Part shown: piece by piece, positions 52,410-63,421 of the stretch
Position numbering within the stretch: position 1 is the first letter of the stretch
Layout of the letters: each line of letters opens with the position of its first letter
Assembly: GCA_040954595.2 (NCBI GenBank)
Contig: CM082588.2
Span: 4,900,156 to 4,964,155, forward strand
From: Balanoglossus misakiensis
Lineage: Eukaryota; Animalia; Hemichordata
Direction: 5' to 3'
Length of the DNA stretch: 64,000 nt
The notes under the pieces: model-generated
The model's database searches: none
The model's input: only the letters and a program-made list of their open reading frames with translations
What the model was told of the DNA's origin: nothing
Program-made: the position numbers and the translations under genes

Positions 52410-54104
52410 TTATTTCCCACCATCCTCCCGATTCAAATGCGCATACTCAGTGTTTTCCTCAGATCGCTTTATATTCAAATTAGTGTATCCGTCCTCGCCA
52501 ATCATGTGTTGGTCTGTGTCCGAATTTTGGCCGCCGGCCTGACCCAGGTGAGCGTATGTTGATTGAAGACTTTCTTCCGGATGTTTGGCAGTCAAATTAG
52601 CGTAACCATCCTCTCCTATAATGTTCTGTACCACTGTTACATTTTTGTCATGTACCTGACTTAAGTGGGTGTACTCAGACTCGGTTTCTTCAGGTCGTCT
52701 CAAGGTCAAATTAGTATATCCATCCTGGTCAGTCATTTCTTGGTCAACTTCTTCTTGTTTGTGTTCGTGTTTTCGTTTTCTTATTCTGACGATGTACACG
52801 ACAAGTATAATTACAAGTGTAATGGCAAGGAGAAAACCTATGACGACAGCAACAACTGTCACTGTGTTTGAAAAGCTGGGGTTGTTGCCAAATTGGCCAG
52901 ACTTCAGGGTGGATGACGTAATTGGGCTGGGCGATTGTTGCTTATCCATCGTCCGCTCAGGCTGTGGTCCCTGTGGAATACTGAGCGATGGCCGTATATT
53001 AACCGTCGACGTTGGCAACGTTGATGTAGTTGGTGCTGATGTTGACTGTGATGATATGTTGACAAACAAAAACCCATATGCAGCTCTGGAACTGAAACCA
53101 TAATCCACAACACACTTGACAGTAATATTGTATTGGCACCTTATATCGGCCCTGCAAGTGAAATCACTGATCTGTAGGGTTTTATTATTTGTCAGATATT
53201 TAACTTGAAAATTCTCAGCGTTGTCTATTTCCCATCGATAAACAGTGACCCCGTGGTCTCTAGAACTTTGGCAAGATATAGTCACCACAAGGTCGTGGGA
53301 ATTTATTTCAGTTACTTCCGGGTGGATATTTACAGTGGGGTCGTCATACACAGTAATTGGTCCCAATGAACAGAATTTGTCATCTTGCCCTGACTGTGAA
53401 AGACGACAACCAAACTCTGTTCCATTTTCTTCAACTGACAAATCCAGTGTGTAGTTATGAGTTGGATACACGTCAAAATTGTTGCCAGGTTGAAACCAGT
53501 AGCTCAGTGTGGTATCGTTGTTTCGCGTCCAAAATAACACGACAGTTGGTTTTCCTGGGTCAGACAGACACCTCAGTGTAACGTTGTCTCCTTTGAAGTA
53601 TTCATGCATGTTTCCGTGGTAAAGCATTCCATTTACAACTTGGTCACAAATAGGATATCGTTGTCTTGGAATGACTCTGATGTTAACAACTGCCTCAACT
53701 GATTCAATAACAGCACTATTGCCCGTCATTACCTTACACTGATAGCGACCACTGTCTTTATACGCCTGCAGGGCAGAGAACGGTCGTATTTGTAGATTGT
53801 AAGCTCCTTCAATGCTGTATCGAGTATGGTCAATCAACTCAGCTACTGATTCGTCAGTACTTATTCTGCCATCTTCACTTATTGGCAAATTGTTTTTAAA
53901 CCATGACACCTTCTGACCTGCCTCCAAGTTACTCACTATACATCGCAGGTAGATAGAGGAAGCTGACTCTGATCCATAAACCAACTCTGCAGACCAGCTG
54001 TTCGGCTGATGCACAAAAGTTGGCATTGAGTTGACAGACCCCAGTATCATACCGCAGTACAAATACCTGATCCAAGTGTGGACGCTAGTGTGTCTAGGAT
54101 GCAT
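52410..54104 (-). CDS. Single-exon 3-Ig receptor with three ITAM-like units, about 564 aa
   Basis: ORF 52410..54185; ectodomain nearly identical to 49567-51756; TM VTVVAVVIGFLLAITLVIILVVYIV; tail YTNL-x11-YTHL, YANL-x12-YAHL, YTNL-x10-YAHL. Confidence 0.92.
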   Translation of the reverse strand: MHPRHTSVHTWIRYLYCGMILGSVNSMPTFVHQPNSWSAELVYGSESASSIYLRCIVSNLEAGQKVSWFKNNLPISEDGRISTDESVAELIDHTRYSIEGAYNLQIRPFSALQAYKDSGRYQCKVMTGNSAVIESVEAVVNIRVIPRQRYPICDQVVNGMLYHGNMHEYFKGDNVTLRCLSDPGKPTVVLFWTRNNDTTLSYWFQPGNNFDVYPTHNYTLDLSVEENGTEFGCRLSQSGQDDKFCSLGPITVYDDPTVNIHPEVTEINSHDLVVTISCQSSRDHGVTVYRWEIDNAENFQVKYLTNNKTLQISDFTCRADIRCQYNITVKCVVDYGFSSRAAYGFLFVNISSQSTSAPTTSTLPTSTVNIRPSLSIPQGPQPERTMDKQQSPSPITSSTLKSGQFGNNPSFSNTVTVVAVVIGFLLAITLVIILVVYIVRIRKRKHEHKQEEVDQEMTDQDGYTNLTLRRPEETESEYTHLSQVHDKNVTVVQNIIGEDGYANLTAKHPEESLQSTYAHLGQAGGQNSDTDQHMIGEDGYTNLNIKRSEENTEYAHLNREDGGK

Positions 54105-54933
54105 TCTGCAGTGTATAATCTCCTCTGCGTAAGTGCCAACACGACAGAGTTCTTGAATATGGAATATACGTGTTGATGGTGCCAAATACCTGATAGCTTC
54201 GGGTTTATGAGGTCACTTTTACTTCCGTGAGGTTACCACACAATGGACATGTAAATAGTTTTCAACTGTACACTCAAGTCAAACTTTGCTGGTTGAAAAC
54301 GCGTGGCTAATAAATAACAGCAAGCTGGGCCAGTACAAATAAAATTGCCAAGGACATTTTAAAAGTTGCAGATCCAGATTGGCGACATCGACGCCGAAAA
54401 TGGTCGAATATTTGAAGACATCTGGCGCATGGTCTTTGTAGATGAAGACCGGTTGTGTAAACAGTCATCTACCACTTCTCCCATCAGGCAATTTTACTGC
54501 TAAAATGCCATTTATATACATGGGCTTATATGATGGCAGGGTGGGCGTCCCTCACCTGATCATGCGGTACATGATCAGATGATCAGTGCATCATCACACC
54601 AGCCAGATCGCAGACGTGGCGGAAGTCTCTCCTTAAACCAGTGAAATAAGGTGAGAAGTTAGATTTACCAGTTTCCTGGGATTAAAGGACTTAATTTAGA
54701 TTGCAAAGACGGACGAAAATTGGCCAATTTGTGCGAGTCCACTGGGCGTGCCAGCCACTTCTTTTCCCATCCCATCAAATTCACATATGGTTTAAGAGTA
54801 GTGATGTCTTTGAAGCCGGAAACATGCAGTGTAGACATCTCTTCGTCGTTTCTAGAAACTGTTTCATTTACTGAGACAATAGTGCAAAGATCTTTTTGTC
54901 TTCTCCAGCAAGTGTTTTTGTTTGACTGGAGCA

Positions 54934-57900
54934 ATGCTGCAGTTTGACGACGTCTTGAAGCACTTGCTCGGCGAATTCGGCAAGTACCAGTTTATGGTGT
55001 GCCTGCTGGTAGCCCCGGCGGCGATCTTCCAGGCGTGTCAGGTGGTCTCCTCGGTGTACATCTTGGCGGAGACCCAGTCGTGGTGCAAAGTCCCCGACGC
55101 CGAGGTTCTGCGAGGGGCGTTCTGCACGGGCGCCGGCAGCAAGGAGTGCGCAGGGCTGCTGAGAAACCTGACCGTCCCGCAGGAGGCGACGGGCGTTGGG
55201 TGTGGCGCGACGTCTGCATTGAGTCAGTGCTACAGATACAACATCACCGCGGATGACATCGTGCATTCGCTCGCAAATGACGTCTCTCTGTATGCCAATG
55301 CCACAACGATTGCATGTGACCATGGATGGGAATATGACACATCGCAGTACCAATCAACCGTGGCCCAACAGGTATTATTAACGTTAATTTATAAATAATT
55401 TGTTCAATTATTGGTAAAAAATAAATGCATGCTGAATTCGGCTAAAGTGGTAGGTAGTGCCTGTAACATGCGCTTCAAATTGATATGAAATGTCGCCCGG
55501 CCTAAGCAAATGCTTGTACATGTATGTATATAAAGCCAACGTACATATAGGTATTTTCGAAAGATATCAGAATAGAACCGTGTGGTTCGCTATGCCACAA
55601 ATGTATCTTTAATAATTATGGGAGAAGTAAAGTATATTTTACCGGCGCAGAATCGCGTCGATGATAACTTGTCTTTGGCGAAGACTGTAGGGTTACGGTT
55701 AAGTCGAAAATGCAGGGCAAAACGTTATTATAGACATCACTTAAGAAGACTGAATCACTCTGCCTCAGCCAGTTCTGTAAATGATTTTTGCCTCCTTTCC
55801 AGTTTGATCTAGTATGTGACCAGAAATATTTAACTTCGCTGTCCACGTCACTTATGATGCTGGGAAAGTTAGTTGGATCAAGCTTATTTGGAGTAGTTTC
55901 AGACAGGTTTGTATTATGTTAATAATAATGATGATGATGATAATGATGATGATGATGATGATGATGATGAGGAGGAGGAGGAGGAGGAGGAGGAGGAGGA
56001 GGAGGAGGAGGAGGAGGAGGAGGATTTCAGTCTCGTATTTGCTCGTCATGTAATGTATCACCACTCTGCATGTCAATAACATACAATACTTTTTCAGGTC
56101 AATAACATACAATACTTTTTCAGGTTTGGGCGGAAACGTGGTTTCATGATGGGAATAATTCTGACGTTGGTGTTTGGAATAGTGTGCGCTTTTTCACCGA
56201 CTCTCACATTTTTTGTAATTGCCCAATTCTGCATTGGCGTTTTCTCAATGTGCGTCGGCATAGGTGCTTTCGTTACAGGTAATGTATGGTTCAAACTTCA
56301 GTGTGGCTGTTAGGATTTCACTTCAGTTAGTTAAAGCATCGAGTGGCCTTCTGGGAAAGTCGTCACCATTTTGTTGGATGTTAGATAGTTTCCTATTTCA
56401 CCTGTCTTCCGTAGATAATTTGTTATTAAGAGCTTTACGTTTCACCTGTCACATTTTCCCGCAATTTGCATATTCAGTGACAGAATTTCTCGGGCCATCC
56501 AAGCGGGCCGCAGGGGGACTATTGACCGGTGTGTGTTTCGGGATAGGAATCATGATCTTGTCATTGTGTGCGTACTACATCCGGGTATGGTGGATTCTAC
56601 AACTGGCCATTTCCCTTCCTTGTGTGGTTTTACTCGGCTTTTCGTGGTAAGAGTTGTTTTTACTAAATAACATTCCCTACTAAGTGACTGAATGATAACG
56701 GGGAGCGTGGAGTGATACAAACAGAATGAAAATGGGGGTGAGGAAGAGAGAGGGAGGGCGAAACAGACAGAACGGAGGAACAGGGAGGGAGAAGGTTGAA
56801 GGGGAGACATGACGAAGGGAGGAGGGAGAGAGGTGTGGGGGACGGAGGGAGTGAGAGGCGCTTGTAAAGGAGGGATGGAGTTGAGATGAGAGAGGGAGAT
56901 AGCGACAGGGAGGGAAGGTGGGATGAGGGAGACATGGAGGGAGAAAGAGCTTCATTTCAACTCGATTTTGTCACAGGATTATTCCAGAATCTCCGAGGTG
57001 GTTAATCTCCAAAGGGAAAGACAAGGAAGTCGACGAAATTATAAGAAAGTGGGGACGCATAAATGGGAAGTCGATGCCCGATGACATATTTAACGAGGAA
57101 TGGAATCCGGACAAGCCAACTCAAATGAAATTGAAGGTATCAGATTTACGTTTAAGTGCATGGTCACTACGGGGAGATTATTAGGGCCATTGTGTCTTTT
57201 TCTTTCGTTTGCGCATGTTTTTCCCCAATGATTTTAGCAACTGTTAGGCAAAATGATCAACGCAAAAGTATTATGTATTGTGCTGCACGACCTGGAGAAA
57301 ACGCAGCAAAAGTCAAGCGGATTGCTAAATCGTAGACTTCATACAGCATATGTATTACACTATGTTTGTACATGTAGGGGACAGCTGGGGAGAAGAATAC
57401 GTTCAATGAAATGCTAGATCTCGTCAGACTGCCAAACATGAGAAAGAAGACTTTTCTATTGATGTATTGCTGGTAATGTGCGACTTTTAAAATATAAGAT
57501 GTATTTAGCACTTCTTTTTATATCTGACTATCTGCCCTGGAGACTAAAAGTCCATCCATACCAAAATAACCAAGGTATTAAAAAGCCAAAAAATCTTGGT
57601 TTAATTATGTTTCTGCGTGTCAAATTCTGACAATTAGTTTGTTTGGTCTCGTCTCCTGCACAGGGTTGCAATAACTTTGGTCTACTATGGTTTGATATTT
57701 AACACATCTAACCTCGCCGGCAGTGATTATCTCAATGGTTTTCTGTCCGGCGTCGTCGAGATCCCAGCTTGTATCATCTCTCTACCTATCATCGAATGGC
57801 GAAGGCTTGGACGACGATTGTCCATGTTCTACACCCTAGTCATCGCCGGGGTAACTTGTATATGTTCGGCGTTTGTACCTCAATGTGGGTAACAATTATT

Positions 57901-58958
57901 CTTTGGGGTTAAATGTCTTTCTAAATAAACACAGGCTTATAAAAACACAAAATGCCAGCCATATGTTTCACTAGGCAAATGCGTTATTTCGGAACTGAGT
58001 TTATTTTTGTAAACAATCTCCAAACCCCAGCTCAAAAATAGGAAATGTTTGATGATTCCATATATAATTTCACTCTTATTCTCGCTTCTGTAAAAAAAAA
58101 CAGCACGTGTCACCCTCCCTCTAGGAGAAGTTTGTAAAATTTGACCCCCTCCCCAATTCACCCAGCCTACTCGCTCGTTATAAATAAAAGCTTCCCAGGG
58201 TATACATTTGATCATGCCCAACACTCTTGCTCCATCAGGTGGAGAACTGGAGTGGTTGGGCATCGTTCTTACATCGATCAGCAAATTGTCTATCTCCTGT
58301 GCATTTAACATCGTATATATCTACTCTGGCGAACTATTCCCGACACCTGTCAGGTAAGAAGGGTAATGTGGTGGCTATTTAATGAAACTAATAATGGCAA
58401 AATTACGCCGGGGTCATCGAGCCAACAGGAAACATTAACAGATAATATATTAGTCTAATAATCTTTTTTTATAAATGATTAGCTTTTCATGTAAAAAAAA
58501 TCGGTGCTTATGATGCATGGCACACATAACTGTTTTTCTACACGATTTTCAGATCAACTGGTATCGGTGTGTGTTCAACATCCGCACGCATTGGAGGGAT
58601 TTTGGCACCGCAGTTCCTGTTAATGGCCGATGTCTGGGCAAAACTACCACCTCTCGTCTTTGGGGGCGCTGCCGTTATCGCGGGAGTCGCCAGCCTCCCC
58701 CTCCCAGAGACTCGGGGCGCTTACCTGCCTGAAACCATGGAGGAAGGGGAGAAATTTGGCAGGTGCGTCTCTCTCTCTCTCTCTCGCCCTCTATCTATCT
58801 CTCCCCACTCTCTCCACCATGTTGTTTGTTTGTTTGTTTGCTTGTCCAATACAGTTATTATTGTAAATGACCACGTTTACATTTGTGTTATTCACAGGAA
58901 ACCCAAGCGACAAAAGTTAAAAACAACAATGGTCGATACTCAATCGGGGGATTTATAA
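54934..58958 (+). CDS. SLC22 organic ion transporter paralog A, 575 aa; exons 54934-55371, 55803-55906, 56124-56278, 56478-56646, 56977-57136, 57378-57472, 57664-57884, 58239-58353, 58553-58762, 58898-58958
   Basis: FDDVLKHLLGEFGKYQ; CDHGWEYD..STVAQQFDLVC; SDRFGRK; PESPRWL; ELFPTPVR; LPETRG..LPET; phases consistent (1728 nt). Confidence 0.93.
55920..56024. repeat. Compound (GAT)n(GAG)n microsatellite in SLC22-A intron 2
   Basis: Directly visible trinucleotide runs. Confidence 0.95.
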
Positions 58959-59600
58959 CTCAGCCAGCGTTGCTGCTACGCCGGCCAATGGGACGAATTT
59001 GTGCTGAAGATCTTCTCAACTAACGCTTGTTGTGATACACTGAATAAGGAGCTGGCTTGGTGCCTTGGTGAAAATGACATCGCTCAACAATGAATAAATA
59101 GAGTGCACACTCAAAAATATAAAAAGGAGTCATTCCTGACATTTATGGGCTAACAACGTAAATTAAATACATGTGGTGTTGCATCTGTCCAGGTTCAGTT
59201 TCTATGGCTCTTATTCATTCTCGAAGAATGCAGTTTGGAAAGGTTTTCATATTTTTGTTACAGGACATTTAGTTTAATGGAAAACGGTATGAAAATTTGA
59301 CACCATTGTTGCTTGTTGGAAAAGATACTTTTGGCCTTTTTTCTCATCCCCTTTTCGTGTTTTATGACAGAACCGGTTTGTACCGGTATTTAAACATGTT
59401 TTACAAGGCACCCTGAGTCTATTTTTATTATTGATCTATATATAATTTATTTTAACTTTTTAAAGAGAATGTTCATGCGAATAGTTTCATCTATTCACTG
59501 ACATATAGTAGGGGTATTAACTTCTGTTCACCTTCTTTCTGGCGATTTCAATACAGCAGATTTATACCCTAATTCAAACTTTCTAGTTACAATACAAGCA

Positions 59601-62600
59601 ATGCTGCACTTTGACCAGGTGTTAATGAACAATGTTGGCGAATTCGGCAAGTACCAAGTAACGGTTTTCATCCTACTCGGCATCGCGGCCTCGCTGCTAT
59701 CACAGCAGCCGTTGACACCTCTGTTCATGTTGGCGGAAACCGATGCCTGGTGCAGCCTTCCCGGCGGGGAAGAGCTGCGCGATGAGGTCTGCAGGGGAAA
59801 CGGCACCGCCGAGTGCGTTCAGATGGTGAAACGCCTGGCCATCCCGACAGAGCAAGTAGATGTCGGATGCGGCGTGGCTGCAAGGTTCAGTCAGTGCCAC
59901 AGATACAACATCACCGGGGACGATATCGTGTACGCGCTGGCAAATGGCGTCACTTCTCATGCCAATATCTCAACGATAGCATGCGACAGTGGATGGGAGT
60001 ATGACAGGTCACAGTACAAATCTACGGTTAACCAACAGGTATGCTAATTACAATATTCCTAGTATGAAGCAAGATCAGTAAGTATGACTGTTAGACACTG
60101 ATAAGTTGATAACCAAAGACCCAACACAACACATTGAATGAAACAGTCCCCTACTCCACATGGGATTAATATAATTTTACACCGGCGTATAATATCCATA
60201 GAAAGACGGTAAAAAATCAGTCGCTGTTTTAAAAGAAGACTATCATAGGGACATTTTTGCTTTATTATTCAGTTTGATCTGGTATGCGACAAAAAATATC
60301 TGGTGCAATTTCCAAACACGATGTTTTGGGCTGGAGTTTTTGTTGGGGCATGTGTCATAGGAGTAATCTCGGACAGGTAATAGTTAAACGTTCTTTCATG
60401 ATGCACCATTTAAGCCTTATTTTGCAAAGTGCTCGTTTTTCAGCAGAATATTAGAATTGCAGGTTTATTGCAGTAATTTTAACTTCTTTCAGATTTGGAC
60501 GGAAACGTGCTTTCTTCATAGCGATGACGCTTTCCACCGCCTTTGGAATAATGTCCGCCTTTTCACCAAACTACCTTTTCTTCGCAATTGCTCGTTTCTG
60601 TACCGGGGCGTTTGGATTTTGTGGCTACGTGGCGTCGTTTATTATGGGTAAGGTAAATTGTATTGATTGTTTTAATTTAATTCTAACGTGGTCGTTGAAA
60701 CTCTACGGCAAACTTTCGTCAATGCCTTTCTCCCTGCATGTACCAAAACAACGAAAATACGACTGAAATACGTTCCCTGTGGTTATTCCAGCTACAGAAT
60801 TTGTTGGACCGTCCAAACGACACACAGCTGGGTTGGTCTACCCAATGTTTTTCTCGGCCTCTTTCATGATTTTGTCCCTGGAAGCCTACTTCATCCGGGA
60901 ATGGTGGATCCTAGAGCTGGTTGCTTCCCTTCCAGTTCTCTTGCTATTCCCCTATTGGTGGTAAGTATGTGTGTATACATTATACATACATGCATGCATG
61001 CGTACATGCGTGCGTACGTATGTGCGTGTATCTGTTTCAAGACCAAGTGTACAATCATTTAGGAACAAAAGTTCATAGTCCGTTTTGTATGACTGATAAT
61101 AGGATCATTCCCGAGTCTCCGAGATGGCTGTTGTCCAAAGGGAGGAAGGAAGAGGCAGAGAAGATAATCCGACGATGTTGTCGCATCAATGGAAGACCTG
61201 TTCCCGATAACGTGTTCAGCGACTCGCTGAACCCGGATAAAGCTTCTGAAGTCGAACCCATGGTAAAAAGCACTTCAAAAATTCACCACAATATTTAATA
61301 AGTTTTCCTTGTATGTTTTCTGCATGTTATCAGTTGGCAAGGACTAATGACCATGATACTGCTGTATAGTATTAACAAAATGGTTCATCATCTTGTCCAA
61401 CAAGACAATTTCTCTGACAAGTTCCTAATGTAACCCATGCTATGTTTGAATCCAAGATAAGACACCGTCAGCTTTCGTTCGCAGGAGAAAAGACAGCGCA
61501 ATAAAATGTTCCACGAAATAATGGACCTTCTCCGGCTGCCGAACATGAGAAAGAAGACGCTGATTGCGTGCTTCTACTGGTAAGTATGTCTATCATCGAA
61601 CCAGCACAGCTCTCCTGTTGTTACCAATGAACAGTTTTCTGCCCAGTGTTAAACGTTATTTTGTTGTCACTGGGAATTTCAAAGACTGACTGAAATAGCA
61701 GTTTCAGAGCAAATACATTTGTAATTGCAAGTGAAGGTTTACAACTTCCTAATTTTTACCAATTCTGACTATTTTTACAACTTAATTTTCTTTACGCCAG
61801 TTTTCTTTCACTGAAAATTAACGTCCTCCTTTCTACAGGAGCGTGGTATCCTTGGTGTACTACGGGCTCACGTACAATACATCCAATCTCGGTGGCAGTG
61901 ATTACATCAATTGCTTTCTATCCGGAGTGGTCGAAATTCCGGTTTACATTTTCGCTATATGTATTATGGACTGCCGAAGAATTGGGCGGCGATGGTCCAT
62001 CTTCTGTGTGACGATGATTAGCGCCCTCACGTGTGTTGGCTCTGCTTTCTTTCCTCCATGTAGGTTTGTGAGAATCAATATGGTGAAATAAAACGTCATG
62101 CTCCATGTCCAGGTTTCTTTTTTATAGAAATCAAGAAATTTTCAACAAATATTGAATGTTTGGAGGCTGAATTAAGTCACGACTTTTACTTGGAGCAGAA
62201 CCCTCATCATGTAACTTTATATATAAAGGAGAGGTAATGCCCGCAACTAAACCAGGATGGTTTCATTTTTAGGTGGAAAACTGGTGTGGGTTGGTATTAC
62301 GCTTTCTATCGCAAGCAAGGCTTTCATATCCGGGGCATTCAGCATGATTTATGTCTTCACGAGTGAGCTGTTCCCGACATCTGTCAGGTAAGGAATTAGA
62401 GTCAGGTTCATTGTGCAAGGGTTTACCCTCAGCTAGACTCAGCTATGTTATCTGGTGGGGTTAAATAAAAAACTAGAACTAAGTCCAGGAATTTACTGCG
62501 TAACGCGTGATTTCACTTCACAGGTCAACTGGGGTTAGTCTATGTGCAATGTGTTGTCGAATTGGAGGCATGTTGGCTCCACAGTTCCTATCGATGGCCG

Positions 62601-63006
62601 ATGTCTGGGCGCAGCTGCCCGCTGTCGTGTTTGGGGGCGCTTCTGTTCTAGCTGGAGTCGCAATTCTCTTTCTACCCGAGACCCGGGGGAAATGTTTGCC
62701 CGAAACTATGGACGAGGCGGAACAATTCGGCAAGTATGTATTCGTGCTGTCGGGTGCAGCAATGTATTTTAATGATAAAACAAAGCACGGAAAGAAATGC
62801 TTCGATCCATGCGAAGGAATGGTGGTTTGATCACCGTATACATTTGTAAGCTCTGTTTATCATAGATTAATCTCATGTATTTCCTATTTGTTTAATTACC
62901 TATCTTTTTCTTGTTTAGGAAACCACTGAAGCCTAACCACATGGACTATTGTGGCGGAAAGATAAGAATGGTTGAAATGGAGGAAGCACCCATTGTATCC
63001 ATTTAG
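59601..63006 (+). CDS. SLC22 organic ion transporter paralog B, 584 aa; exons 59601-60038, 60273-60376, 60493-60647, 60792-60960, 61103-61262, 61485-61579, 61839-62059, 62273-62387, 62524-62733, 62919-63006
   Basis: Same motifs as paralog A and identical sizes for the first nine exons (438,104,155,169,160,95,221,115,210); 1755 nt. Confidence 0.93.
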
Positions 63007-63421
63007 CTGTTGCTTGCATTTCAGCAAGACGTTTAGTTATTACGAAGTTGCCGTGGTGATGGATATTCCAATTGCAAACTAACTACAATTCGCAAACCCA
63101 TTCTGATCTTGCCCGTGTTAACTCCTATGTTAAACCTCGGGAAATAATCTTATACTGATGTTTGTCTGTCTGAGACCTGATTAGATTTGGTGAGCGTAGC
63201 TTGCATATTTATGATATAATAAAACATAACGTAAAATTGTAATTCTCAATACATTGTTCTCGCATTAGTACTTGTTGGACACAGAATATTTATGTATTAA
63301 AAATCCCGTATTCGTTTGAAATGTACTTCGTTTGTTATACTGGAGGCAATAATAAAGTCAGTCAGCAGCCATTAAAAAGTTCAACCAAATTTCGCAATAA
63401 CTGTAGGTTTTATATTTTCTT

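Noticed and set aside
55852-56112. Poly-Leu/Ile ORF resembling a TM protein
   Set aside because: Translation of the (GAT)n(GAG)n microsatellite.
58950-59007. Longer SLC22-A C-terminus if one T were removed near the stop
   Set aside because: No independent evidence for a frameshift; the tail is poorly conserved anyway.
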